DNA of 63,213 nt, the filler included, from an uncultured archaeon (GTDB taxonomy: Archaea > Nanobdellota > Nanobdellia > Woesearchaeales > CAIVOO01): NCBI GenBank assembly GCA_903842985.1. It is 7 parts of 7 records of this genome, joined end to end, with 100 filler letters (N's around TTAATTAATTAA, not from the genome) between each part and the next. Parts side by side here need not be neighbours in the genome. Positions count along the whole stretch, not along the records: positions 23,390 to 32,413 come from CAIMOB010000005.1; positions 32,514 to 54,773 come from CAIMOB010000006.1; 5 more parts are not named here. One strand, 5' to 3'. The notes under the pieces are model-generated. The model searched no databases and was not told the DNA's origin. It saw only the letters and a list, made by a program, of their open reading frames with translations. The position numbers and the translations under genes are program-made. Of this stretch, positions 27,758 through 37,104 are shown in pieces. Each line of letters opens with the position of its first letter. The stretch's first letter is position 1.

Positions 27758-28651
27758 CTAAATATAAACTGTCATTAGCGGACCATTTAAATCAAAAATT
27801 AAGTTAAGGATTCTGTCGCAAAGCCTGATTACCTTTAATTCTCCTGAGCAGCTGTCCAGCTCTTTTTGCAAAAGCTCCTTGTTCCTGCCAAATTGAGGCA
27901 TCTTCTCCAATTTGAAATCGTAGAAAAGTTCATAGAATTGTTTCTGGAATTCCAATAGTTTTCTCAAAAATAATTTTATTTTGTTATCAACTTTGATTTT
28001 ATTTGCCGAAATGTGCACGCATAAATCCCTGTATCTGTCTGCAACCTTCTCAAGTTGCTCAATTATAGTATAAAGTGGAGCAATTCTTTTACAATCAATT
28101 TCAGACCCAAGATTTATCCCTCTTCTGCAATAATCTGCAAATTTATCTGACTCTATTTTGAGCAGGGTTATATTTTTCATCCATTCGAAATCATCCTTGC
28201 CAATGGCTTCGTTAAACTCAGAAGCCATATTGTTAAGTACAAAAAAGAACCTTTTAAGGACACTGCCGAACTCTTCAAAATTTGTCTGTGAAATGCTTTT
28301 TATGATAACTGAATTTTTTGCCTGGTCAACTATTTCAAATCCTGAAAACTGCTCTCTTACAAGCTCTGTAATTTCTTTAAGCTCATCATAATAGCTAAAA
28401 TTGATTCTGACTTCATCGTAGCCAGCCTTATAGGCTGCCCCAATCATCTTTCTGGTCATTGGGCGAGCATTTGAAATGTCAATTTCTATTTTTTTCTGTT
28501 CATGATGTTTTTTTACAGATATTATTAGCTGTCTGTCTTTTTCCTCAACTTCAATCTCTTCGCCTTTCTTTAGGTTCTTCTCCTTAACCCATTTTCTTGG
28601 CAGGGAAACTGTAAGCGATGACAACCCATGTTGTATAAGTTTTCTTTTCAT
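27758..28651 (-). CDS. AbrB-PhoU family regulator
   Basis: RKLIQHG.SSLTVSLPRKWV AbrB domain; AYKAGYDE; LEKVAD. Confidence 0.85.
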   Translation of the reverse strand: MKRKLIQHGLSSLTVSLPRKWVKEKNLKKGEEIEVEEKDRQLIISVKKHHEQKKIEIDISNARPMTRKMIGAAYKAGYDEVRINFSYYDELKEITELVREQFSGFEIVDQAKNSVIIKSISQTNFEEFGSVLKRFFFVLNNMASEFNEAIGKDDFEWMKNITLLKIESDKFADYCRRGINLGSEIDCKRIAPLYTIIEQLEKVADRYRDLCVHISANKIKVDNKIKLFLRKLLEFQKQFYELFYDFKLEKMPQFGRNKELLQKELDSCSGELKVIRLCDRILNLIFDLNGPLMTVYI

Positions 28652-28752
28652 AAGATTAGTATACTCAAAAAGTATATAAATCTTTCTAAAATGTATTCAA
28701 AATACATTTTGTATGCACAAATTATTTATTAGTTGCCTGCCTATTAAAGATT

Positions 28753-29868
28753 ATGACAGACTTATATATATCCGGACAAGAAAAAGCAGAATGCGCAAAG
28801 AAATATCCTTTTCTTGGATTTTTGATGGGTGAAGAAATTACAAGAATACAGGTTATAGACTGTGAAAAACTGCCTGATTTGAAAGATGGGTACGAGCATA
28901 TGTGCTCTGACTGGTATTTCTATCACAATTATGATTTTGAAGACGATGACCACTATTATAAGCTTAATGATGTCTTATTTGAAATTGATAAAGATGATGA
29001 CAAGCCAATCACAGTAAGAGATCATGATCTGACCTTATACAAGAGACTCAAAACTCCTGAAGAAAAGAACAGAGTAAAATATTTTGGACCGGAAAAGAAA
29101 AGGCTTGTTGTTGTTTCGGGCCCTTCAGGGGTTGGGAAGGGTCCAATAATTGATTGGGTTAAAAAATTATATTTTTCAAAAAATAATGAAGAACTCAGAT
29201 TTTGCCAGGTAAATGTAAGAAAAGAGAAAACTGAGAGACACAGAGGAGATGAAAAGGAGCTGGGATTTGATGGCATTGGCAAAAACATTTATGAATTTGA
29301 ATGCAGGGGAACAAAACAAATTATCGACCTGGATGAGCTTGATAACGCAGTTGTCAGCCATGATACAACCTTAATCGAAACATATTACAATGCATTTGAT
29401 TTTTTAAAAGAACATTATGAAAGAAATGCCAAATTTGTTTCTGTATTCATCTCTCCTTTAACAAGAAGTGAATTAATGTACTTAGAATATGTGAATGTGC
29501 CATTAAGCGAGTATCTTCCAGATGTTATGTTTGATTCTCTGAAAAAAAGGGCTCAGAATGATGGAAAAGAACTTACAGACATTGTTATTAAGGAGTTAAC
29601 AGAAAGGTCGCAAGACTCGTTCAATGAAATGCTTTTCGCTCACAATTATGATTTTATAATCCCAAATCATTTCTACGAATCTGATATGAGATGGAAACTT
29701 TCTCTTCTTATTGGAGAGCAAATGATAACTGTGGATGATTTATATGACATAATCAAACGTGGAAAAGAATCCAGAGTAGAAAAGGCAGAAGATTATTTTA
29801 GGGGTCTTGTTCCTTTGCTACAAACACCAGCAAAACAACATCAATTTTCAAAAACTAATATTAAGTAA
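28753..29868 (+). CDS. Guanylate-kinase-like P-loop protein with N-terminal extension
   Basis: VVVSGPSGVGKG, SVFISP, YDFIIPN. Confidence 0.65.
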   Translation: MTDLYISGQEKAECAKKYPFLGFLMGEEITRIQVIDCEKLPDLKDGYEHMCSDWYFYHNYDFEDDDHYYKLNDVLFEIDKDDDKPITVRDHDLTLYKRLKTPEEKNRVKYFGPEKKRLVVVSGPSGVGKGPIIDWVKKLYFSKNNEELRFCQVNVRKEKTERHRGDEKELGFDGIGKNIYEFECRGTKQIIDLDELDNAVVSHDTTLIETYYNAFDFLKEHYERNAKFVSVFISPLTRSELMYLEYVNVPLSEYLPDVMFDSLKKRAQNDGKELTDIVIKELTERSQDSFNEMLFAHNYDFIIPNHFYESDMRWKLSLLIGEQMITVDDLYDIIKRGKESRVEKAEDYFRGLVPLLQTPAKQHQFSKTNIK

Positions 29869-29871
29869 GTA

Positions 29872-29919
29872 TGCCGTGGGGAGCTTCATAAAAAGTATGA
29901 TGTTTGGAGATTTGAGCGG
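29872..29919 (+). repeat. Intergenic direct repeat R2
   Basis: Core CTTCATAAAAAGTATGATGTTTGGAGATTTGAGC (29884-29917). Confidence 0.9.
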
Positions 29920-29923
29920 GGAG

Positions 29924-30886
29924 TTATAACAGCAGATTAAACAAATATCCTGTAAATACTATCCCTAAAGCCACTATTGCGACATAGATTGCAAGAAGCT
30001 TGGTCTTCATGACTTTCTTCAGGATAATCATTTCCGGCAGAGACAATGCTGTTACTGACATCATAAATGCCAATGAAGTCCCCAGTGGCAGCCCTTTCTC
30101 TAATAGGGATTTAATGACAGGCAGTATTCCAGCAGCATTTGAATAAAGAGGAACGCCAATCAAAACAGCTATCGGAACTGCAAACCAATTTGCCTTGCCT
30201 GCAATTTTTGATAAAACATTTTCAGGAGCATAGCCGTGAATTGCTGCTCCGATGGCGACTCCAAGCAGGATATAGGGATAAATATTTCTGATTAAGTTAA
30301 AGGTAAACTCTTTCGCATACGCAAGCTTCTGATTGAATGATTTGATGTTTACGCCCCTGACGCCATACTTCGTTTTCCAGACACTGCTTTTTATCAGATG
30401 CTCAAGTTTCATCTTCCCAAGAATGAATCCAGCAACAACAGAAATGACCAAGCCTGAAACTATGTAAATTGCTGCAATTTTGAACCCGAACAACGCAAAA
30501 AGCAGAATGACTGCAACTTCATTTATCATTGGAGCAGATATCAAATACGAAAATGTTACCCCTAAAGGAACTCCTGCTTCCAGCAATCCAATAAACAAAG
30601 GAATTGCAGAACAGGTGCAGAAAGGGGTTATTATCCCCAATAACCCTGCTGACAGGTTGCTTAAGACCGGAATTTTTCTAGTTAATATCTTCCTTATTTT
30701 TTGAGGAGGAAAATACGCCCTCAGCAATGAAACTGCAAAAATGATGACAGCCAAAAGAATAAGTATTTTTATGCAATCATAGATAAAGAAATTCAATGCT
30801 CCGCTGAGTGCGCTCTCTTTTTTGATGTTTAAAACATTAAAAACAAGCCAGTCTGAAAAAAGCTGAATTGGTTTAAAGATATCCAT
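29924..30886 (-). CDS. ArsP/DUF318 family permease
   Basis: TPFCTCSAIP, SAPMINEV, GVPLYSN, ALSLPE motifs. Confidence 0.9.
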   Translation of the reverse strand: MDIFKPIQLFSDWLVFNVLNIKKESALSGALNFFIYDCIKILILLAVIIFAVSLLRAYFPPQKIRKILTRKIPVLSNLSAGLLGIITPFCTCSAIPLFIGLLEAGVPLGVTFSYLISAPMINEVAVILLFALFGFKIAAIYIVSGLVISVVAGFILGKMKLEHLIKSSVWKTKYGVRGVNIKSFNQKLAYAKEFTFNLIRNIYPYILLGVAIGAAIHGYAPENVLSKIAGKANWFAVPIAVLIGVPLYSNAAGILPVIKSLLEKGLPLGTSLAFMMSVTALSLPEMIILKKVMKTKLLAIYVAIVALGIVFTGYLFNLLL

Positions 30887-30920
30887 TGATGTAGTGCTCT
30901 AAAACAGGTATTTAAAAATA

Positions 30921-30990
30921 TGTCGGTGGTGTGGGCTTCATAAAAAGCATGATGTTAGGAGATTTGAGCGGTTTCTATGTCAAATCTCCT
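30921..30990 (+). repeat. Intergenic direct repeat R3 plus 11-bp inverted arm
   Basis: Core 30936-30969, 32/34 identical to R2; AGGAGATTTGA (30957-67) inverted at 30980-90 over the TrmB stop. Confidence 0.88.
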
Positions 30991-31747
30991 GTGTTTTATA
31001 ATTTGGCGGTTTTGCCACTTTCCATAACTGCTCAAAAAAAGATTTGAAGGTGATTGCAGTAACTTCATCGTTAATTAAGATTACTTTTATCTGGGGCTCA
31101 TATTTGAATATGCAAACAGTATGGTTCCCAAAAACGACAATCGCATTGGGGGTTGATGATTCCAAAAACCTGATTTTTGAGAATTTTGATTCTTTTTTAT
31201 ATTCATAAAAATATCCTTTTTCTGAAAAGATAACTCTTTCATGATTTTTTGGCAGTGTCGCATCAGCCCATTCTCTCCAGATTTTATTGAACTTTTCTCC
31301 CTTTGAAGAACGGACTCCCATTGCAAGGACTTCCTCTTTTTCCTTCAATGTCCTTGTCGCTTCCCACACAGCTGTTTTGAATCCGTTAAGCCCAGTGTAT
31401 ATTGCCACCCTGGACTGCTCCAGCTTGAATTGCCTGATTTTTTCAATTTCAGGAATAAGGGATTCTGCTATCTGCTCCTCTGCTTCAAGCTCATCTTTCT
31501 TTTTTTTAATATAATCCTTTAATCTGTCCGGAGGTGCAGCTGCAAAATGCTTCACGCCGTCAATTATTGTTTCGCTGACCAAGCCCTTTCTTTTCAATGC
31601 TTCCAGAATTTCATATATCTTCCCAGTATTCAGCCCAGATTCCTTTAGCAGTTGGCCTGTTTTTGAAGAGCCTATTCTGCTTAGAGTAAGGTAAGCTGTA
31701 GCTTCATTGTGGGTTAAACCCAGCTTTTCAAGAAGGGCTATATTCAT
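30980..31747 (-). CDS. TrmB family transcriptional regulator
   Basis: LGLT.NEA.AY..L; KIYEILE.L..KGLV; C-terminal FE.LWK.AK. Confidence 0.88.
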   Translation of the reverse strand: MNIALLEKLGLTHNEATAYLTLSRIGSSKTGQLLKESGLNTGKIYEILEALKRKGLVSETIIDGVKHFAAAPPDRLKDYIKKKKDELEAEEQIAESLIPEIEKIRQFKLEQSRVAIYTGLNGFKTAVWEATRTLKEKEEVLAMGVRSSKGEKFNKIWREWADATLPKNHERVIFSEKGYFYEYKKESKFSKIRFLESSTPNAIVVFGNHTVCIFKYEPQIKVILINDEVTAITFKSFFEQLWKVAKPPNYKTQEI

Positions 31748-31806
31748 TTTACTCTACACTTAGGGGGAGGTAATATTTAAATACTTCGGTTATCTTGTTA
31801 TTACTA

Positions 31807-31825
31807 TGAGGTTGTAACAACCTCA
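31807..31825. promoter_or_regulatory. Candidate operator (9-1-9 inverted repeat)
   Basis: TGAGGTTGT-A-ACAACCTCA between divergent genes. Confidence 0.5.
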
Positions 31826-31876
31826 GAAAAAGAAACAAAAGTCGTTACCTCGGACTTAAAAGGGGTGGAGAAAAAA

Positions 31877-32215
31877 ATGAAAAGAGGAGAGAAAATAGGA
31901 GAGATTGTTAAAACTGTTGGTATAACATCATTACTAGGTGCACATGTTGCAAATGCAGCCATTTGTGCTTATGAGGGTTATAATAATTTACCAATAAGTG
32001 AAGCAAACCATGCTGCATTACTTTTAGCTACTGCTGGACTTAATTCATGTCTTATTGATACGTATCTCAGCGAGGAGAATCGCAATAGGAAGTGTAGTTA
32101 TGAGCGTCTCAACCTTCAGGATTTCATTCCCTACAACTTAGGGAATGGATTTATTTTTGGATTTTGGGGGTTAATGGCATATGGGGCTGGACAATTAACA
32201 AGGAATTTTTTATAA
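31877..32215 (+). CDS. Hypothetical membrane protein
   Basis: ORF with hydrophobic segments. Confidence 0.55.
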   Translation: MKRGEKIGEIVKTVGITSLLGAHVANAAICAYEGYNNLPISEANHAALLLATAGLNSCLIDTYLSEENRNRKCSYERLNLQDFIPYNLGNGFIFGFWGLMAYGAGQLTRNFL

Positions 32216-32229
32216 AATGAAAATGCTAG

Positions 32230-32413
32230 GTGATTAAAATGAACGGAAGCAATAAAAAAATTTTGGTAATAGAAGATAATATTGCAGAAGCAATTAATGC
32301 TCAAACTGAATTAGCTCGTGCTGGATTTAGGGATTTTAGAGCAGTTACAACTTTATCAGAAGGACTAGAATCAATGCCCCAGTACACCGCAGTTTTATCT
32401 GATTTGTTTTTCC
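32230..32413 (+). CDS. Receiver (REC)-like protein, 3' truncated
   Basis: KILVIEDN ... AVLSDLFF; runs into linker. Confidence 0.6.
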
Positions 32414-32513
32414 NNNNNNNNNNNNNNNNNNNNNNNNNNNNNNNNNNNNNNNNNNNNTTAATTAATTAANNNNNNNNNNNNNNNNNNNNNNNNNNNNNNN
32501 NNNNNNNNNNNNN
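32414..32513. other. Artificial contig linker
   Basis: N run + TTAATTAATTAA + N run. Confidence 0.98.
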
Positions 32514-33062
32514 AAGCTTCCAAAGGCAGTTGAAGAGGAAGCTGCAAGAGTTTACACTTTGGCAGTCCAGAGAGGGCTTGTGAGAGGCAGGTCAATGGAG
32601 TCGGTTGTTGCTGGCTCATTGTATGCAGCCTGCAGAAGCCACGATGTTCCAAGGACACTTGACGAGCTTTCTGAAGCATCTGGAATTGAAAAGAAAGAAA
32701 TCGGAAGGACCTACAGGTTCATCACAAGGGAGCTTGGAATAAAGATAATGCCAAGCAATCCAGCAGACTACATTGCAAGATTCGCGTCTTCGCTGAGATT
32801 GAGCGCAGAGACACAGTCAAAGGCAATAGAGATTCTTGAGATGGCCCAGAAGTCTGAACTGACATCTGGAAGGGGCCCGACAGGAATAGCAGCTGCTGCG
32901 CTTTACGTCGCTGCATTGATGCACGGCGAGAAAAGAACGCAGAGGGAAGTTGCTGATGTCGCAGGCGTCACAGAAGTCACAATAAGGAACAGATACAAGG
33001 AACTGCTTGAAGAGCTGGATCTTGAGAAAGAGCTGAAGAAGAAGCTGAAGAAAGAGAAGTAA
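32514..33062 (+). CDS. tfb: Transcription initiation factor IIB (5' truncated)
   Basis: [32 protein letters not shown]. Confidence 0.96.
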   Translation, partial: KLPKAVEEEAARVYTLAVQRGLVRGRSMESVVAGSLYAACRSHDVPRTLDELSEASGIEKKEIGRTYRFITRELGIKIMPSNPADYIARFASSLRLSAETQSKAIEILEMAQKSELTSGRGPTGIAAAALYVAALMHGEKRTQREVADVAGVTEVTIRNRYKELLEELDLEKELKKKLKKEK

Positions 33063-33105
33063 TTTTCTTTTTTATTTATATTTTTGTAAAAGGTGTTCTT
33101 ATAAA

Positions 33106-33381
33106 ATGGCAGACTGGACTGGATTAATAAAAGAATATGGCTGGCTTGGAGCAGCTCCGCTTGTGGTAGATTATCTTCTGCATTTGAAGAACGAAATAGA
33201 AATGAAAAGAAATTGTGAAAAGTCCAAAGTGCTGGATAGTCTGCATAACAAGATTCAGCTTGCGTTTTTTAACGAAGCTGATGTAATAGACTACGTTGTT
33301 TCTCTGGAGCAGAGAATGCGCGAAGGTGTCAGCAAACCAGAAAGCATTGAGAACACGCCGATTGAGCCGAGATATTTTTAA
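33106..33381 (+). CDS. Hypothetical protein
   Basis: ORF with AGGTG SD-like sequence. Confidence 0.55.
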   Translation: MADWTGLIKEYGWLGAAPLVVDYLLHLKNEIEMKRNCEKSKVLDSLHNKIQLAFFNEADVIDYVVSLEQRMREGVSKPESIENTPIEPRYF

Positions 33382-33406
33382 AATAAATTAGTCTAATTTT
33401 ATCGTT

Positions 33407-33523
33407 TAGAACACGCGCGGCTACGCGCTTAACCATTATGACACTTGTAAACTAGTTTTTTCCCGCCCTAACGCCTTTTTTTCTAAAAAAGGGGTTTGTG
33501 TTGTAGCGATCGCTACAACGCGC
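33407..33523 (+). repeat. 117-bp multi-palindrome element, copy B2
   Basis: Near-identical to 17107-17223; TTTATATA TATA box follows. Confidence 0.92.
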
Positions 33524-33581
33524 ATTTATATACTCTGGTTGTCTAACATTATCAGCTGGTTCTGTGGCTTGAGGTGATAAA

Positions 33582-34655
33582 ATGATAAAGATCAATACAG
33601 ATATGCCTCTTGTTTCAGAGGACAGGAAAAGAGAAATACTCGACGACGGAAAGTCAGGAGACTTTAAGTACAAGGACCTGGCAAGGCGCGTTGAAAAGTA
33701 TGAAAAGACATTAAGCGATTATTCGCTTAAAAAAGAGCATCCGCTTGTCAGGATGGCTTACAGGCTGACTGATCAGGTTCAGCTGACATCAGAGTACAGC
33801 AGGCTTATGAAGAAAAAAGACAAGCTTGAGTCAAACGTGCTCAGCCTCGAGGAGACGGTATCTGCGCTCCAGTCAGAGATAAATTCAATGGACACGCAGA
33901 TAAAGACAACAAAGCAGATGTATGATGACAGCAAATGCGTGGTGATAGGAAATGAATCGATACTGAAAGAGGCAAACACCAGGCTTGACGAGCTTAAAAT
34001 AAAATATAATGGTATACAGGAAAAGCTAGAGCAGGACCCTGAGAACCTGGCGCTTTTGAGAGACACGAACATGCAGGAAGCAGAAATATCAGGCATAATG
34101 AATGATTTTGAGAGCATCGAAAACGAAACAATGCAATTTTCAGTCAAGATGAGGCAGTTTGAAACAACAATGAACCACTACCTCACAAACAAGGAAAGGT
34201 TGATGCTCCAGCTTGAGGCAACAAGGGAAAGCTGCTACGCATCAAAGCTGGAGATAAACAACATGAATCTCGTAATTGAGGAAAATACAAATCCAATCAA
34301 GAACGCAAAGCTCCTTGTGACAGCCTACGGCGACGTGAAGGAGTCAAATGAGATTTCAAGCTTTGTTTACAAGGAAGGCATAGCACTAGTAGAAAAGATA
34401 GGCCAGCTCGACGGGTTTGAGCAGACGCATTCAGACTACGAACAGCTTAGGGCGACAAGAAAAAAGAGATGGGACAAGCAGATTCAAAAGGCGAAGAAGA
34501 GGATAACAGACGATTCAAAGAAAAGGTTTGATGTCGGAGGAAAAAAAGATGAGCAAGTTAATGGAACGCCTGCTCAATCAGTTTTACGCAGACTGCTCCT
34601 GCCACGCGCTGCCGCTGGTGTCAGAAACGACAGAGTTGCAGGCACTAAACCTTGA
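33582..34655 (+). CDS. Long coiled-coil hypothetical protein
   Basis: Heptad-like E/K/L/M-rich sequence; SD GAGGTGA; 3' end overlaps the next gene by 107 nt. Confidence 0.7.
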   Translation: MIKINTDMPLVSEDRKREILDDGKSGDFKYKDLARRVEKYEKTLSDYSLKKEHPLVRMAYRLTDQVQLTSEYSRLMKKKDKLESNVLSLEETVSALQSEINSMDTQIKTTKQMYDDSKCVVIGNESILKEANTRLDELKIKYNGIQEKLEQDPENLALLRDTNMQEAEISGIMNDFESIENETMQFSVKMRQFETTMNHYLTNKERLMLQLEATRESCYASKLEINNMNLVIEENTNPIKNAKLLVTAYGDVKESNEISSFVYKEGIALVEKIGQLDGFEQTHSDYEQLRATRKKRWDKQIQKAKKRITDDSKKRFDVGGKKDEQVNGTPAQSVLRRLLLPRAAAGVRNDRVAGTKP

Positions 34656-35199
34656 GGAGTGCGCAAGGCAGGCAGAGGAGCTAGCATTCAGCGACAGCAA
34701 TGACATAAGGAAGTTTAGATGGCTTGAGAAGATAGTGAATGATTACAGCCATTTGCTTGAGAAGAAAGATGATGAGATGTACAATTCAAGGTTTTTTGCG
34801 CCTTACCAGAAGCAGATGAAGAACCTTGCAAGATTAAATGAAATTGTCGCATTGAAAAAAGAACAGCTGAAAAATAGGGTTGCAATCGAAGCAAAACAAT
34901 CAGGGTTTGATTTTATTGGCTATCTAAACGACATAGAAGCAAGCGACACAAACCAAAAAAGGATTATCGGGATTTTTAAGGGAGCGGGGCAGCTGAAATG
35001 GCAGGAAAGGTTTGAGGCTGTCTGGGATGAGATTGGTAAAATAAAAGACACAAGATTCCTGCATCAGCTGAAAGAAGGGATTAAATGCTGTGTTTCAGAA
35101 GGATATCTTGCAGAGAGATTCAAAAACTCTTATCTGCAGAACATTGCAGAGAATCTGGTTTATGAAATTGAGAGAAGGTTAAAATTAAATAATTGTTAA
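34549..35199 (+). CDS. Hypothetical helical protein
   Basis: ATG after GGAGG SD. Confidence 0.65.
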   Translation: MSKLMERLLNQFYADCSCHALPLVSETTELQALNLEECARQAEELAFSDSNDIRKFRWLEKIVNDYSHLLEKKDDEMYNSRFFAPYQKQMKNLARLNEIVALKKEQLKNRVAIEAKQSGFDFIGYLNDIEASDTNQKRIIGIFKGAGQLKWQERFEAVWDEIGKIKDTRFLHQLKEGIKCCVSEGYLAERFKNSYLQNIAENLVYEIERRLKLNNC

Positions 35200-35259
35200 G
35201 TCAGCTCTTTAAAAACTCTTCTAAAGGTTTAAATATTTTTCTGACTATTTAAATTCAAA

Positions 35260-35646
35260 ATGGTGGACGAACTTGAAAGCCTTGTAAAAGAATGCAGACC
35301 CTTAAATGACAAGTATACTTTGCTGGTTTTGGATGCGGGAGTAAACAAGGAGGCGCACCTAAAGCTTCCGCTTAAGGTTCGGCTGCTGATGGGGGACAAA
35401 ATAAAACTCCTCCGCGGAATTGTTAACTATAACATGAGGCCGAACATAATAGACCATTGCAATTATACTGATGGAACAGTTTACAGGTTTGATAAACTAA
35501 TCCTGACTTTTAACGGAAAAGAAATGGGTGTGCTTGCGGCGATTCTGGACTTTTTAAAGTACAACAAAAATTACGTTTACGAAAATGCACTAAATGAAGG
35601 AGTTGCAAGAATAGCTGAAAAATGGCCTTTGGCATTCAAGGGCTGA
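35260..35646 (+). CDS. Hypothetical protein
   Basis: ORF after TTTAAATA box. Confidence 0.6.
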   Translation: MVDELESLVKECRPLNDKYTLLVLDAGVNKEAHLKLPLKVRLLMGDKIKLLRGIVNYNMRPNIIDHCNYTDGTVYRFDKLILTFNGKEMGVLAAILDFLKYNKNYVYENALNEGVARIAEKWPLAFKG

Positions 35647-37030
35647 CAGCGTCCACAGCATTCGAATAAGTCTTCCTGTTGCCGTACTGCACAATAACGG
35701 GCTTCAGCCTGAGTTCGCCGACAACGCCAAGCTTAGTCTTAATCCTGTATGATATAATCCTCACTTCGCCTGGCTCAAGCTTTGGGATTACCCAGGTAAT
35801 CACAGTGCCATCTGCATAAGGATAAAGTTTTGTTGGCTGCAGGGTGTCAGACTCTTTTCTTTCGAAGACAGAGATTTTGGGGATTTTGTCAACTATCTTT
35901 ATGTTCTTTACTGTTCCGCTGCTTCTGTTCTTCAGCTTTATTATTGCCCTGACTGAGTTTATCCCGCCTTCATTAATCAGTATTTCGGACGCTTCTTTCG
36001 CGACAATCAGCGGCGACCTGAAGACAAAGTAAAGTATTGCCAGCGCAATTATTAATATAATCAAGTAAAGTATTGGCTTGTAATCAATCCTTACATTTAT
36101 TATATAAGACGCATTTGGCTCAATTGTTACCTCGCGCGTCAAATAATATGCATCATCCTTTGATATGCTTGTTGTGTCAGGGTTTGTTGACGTGAATAAT
36201 CTTTCAAAATACCCTGTTTCAACCAGCACGTTATCTGTATATTTTGAATTGCCGTCATTTGTGAATGTGTATGTCACAAGCCTGCCTAAAAACTTCTTTT
36301 CTGTTGTTTTGCTTGCCTTGAAAATGCCATATGGGTAAATCTCATACTCTTTGCTAATTTCTTTTATAACTTGGTCTTTATAGACAAGCTGAACTTTGAC
36401 TGTGTCTTTCTGCGGCGCGATGCTTTTGTTCAGCGAAATTGAGAAATCTGTGCTTTTGCTCTGTGCAGATGCAAGGTCCACAACAGCAACCTCATCAAAA
36501 AATGAGCTATTCAGCCGGATTGTAAGGTCATCAAATTTTTTCCTATTGTTGTTTTTCAGCTGAACTTTTATAGATGTTGTTTTTCTCAGGTCCAGCTTTT
36601 CAGGCATAAGAAGCGAAACTTCAATGTTTGTTGGGTAATCTATCAGGTCCTCCCTTACATTGACAGAAGCAATCTCGCTTATCTGTTTTTTAGTTTCCTG
36701 CGATTGAAGAACTATTTCAACATCATACGGCCCAAATCCTATGTATTCTCTTGGCTTCAGCAGGAGCGTTGTTGTACTTGTGCCTTTTGGCGGGACAGAA
36801 AGGCCGACAGTGTAATCCTTTAATGGCACTGTTTCCAATGACCACCACATGTCATTTGATGAAATCAGGAAAACATCTTCTTTTGGCAGGTCATTGCTAA
36901 CTGTTAGCAGGAATTTTGCAGAGTCATAGGGAGAAATCTGGTTGTTTACTGGAGATATTGTCAGGTTTGCTGCGCAGGCTGTTGAAATTGAAACCAGCAG
37001 AACTGCAATAAACAGGAAAAATCTTTTCAT
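35636..37030 (-). CDS. Secreted Ig-fold/S-layer-associated membrane protein
   Basis: Signal peptide, beta-rich repeats, internal TM, W.IPKLEPGE..ISY module. Confidence 0.7.
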   Translation of the reverse strand: MKRFFLFIAVLLVSISTACAANLTISPVNNQISPYDSAKFLLTVSNDLPKEDVFLISSNDMWWSLETVPLKDYTVGLSVPPKGTSTTTLLLKPREYIGFGPYDVEIVLQSQETKKQISEIASVNVREDLIDYPTNIEVSLLMPEKLDLRKTTSIKVQLKNNNRKKFDDLTIRLNSSFFDEVAVVDLASAQSKSTDFSISLNKSIAPQKDTVKVQLVYKDQVIKEISKEYEIYPYGIFKASKTTEKKFLGRLVTYTFTNDGNSKYTDNVLVETGYFERLFTSTNPDTTSISKDDAYYLTREVTIEPNASYIINVRIDYKPILYLIILIIALAILYFVFRSPLIVAKEASEILINEGGINSVRAIIKLKNRSSGTVKNIKIVDKIPKISVFERKESDTLQPTKLYPYADGTVITWVIPKLEPGEVRIISYRIKTKLGVVGELRLKPVIVQYGNRKTYSNAVDAVSP

Positions 37031-37104
37031 CCCAAAGCACCTCAATGGTGGCTATACCATACTAATTACTAATATATAAAGGTTTGTATAGGATATATAA
37101 ATAT

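Noticed and set aside
27683..30971. 34-bp repeats as a CRISPR array or classical attC sites
   Set aside because: Spacing is 1-2 kb with whole genes between copies; no cas genes; no RYYYAAC/GTTRRRY ends.
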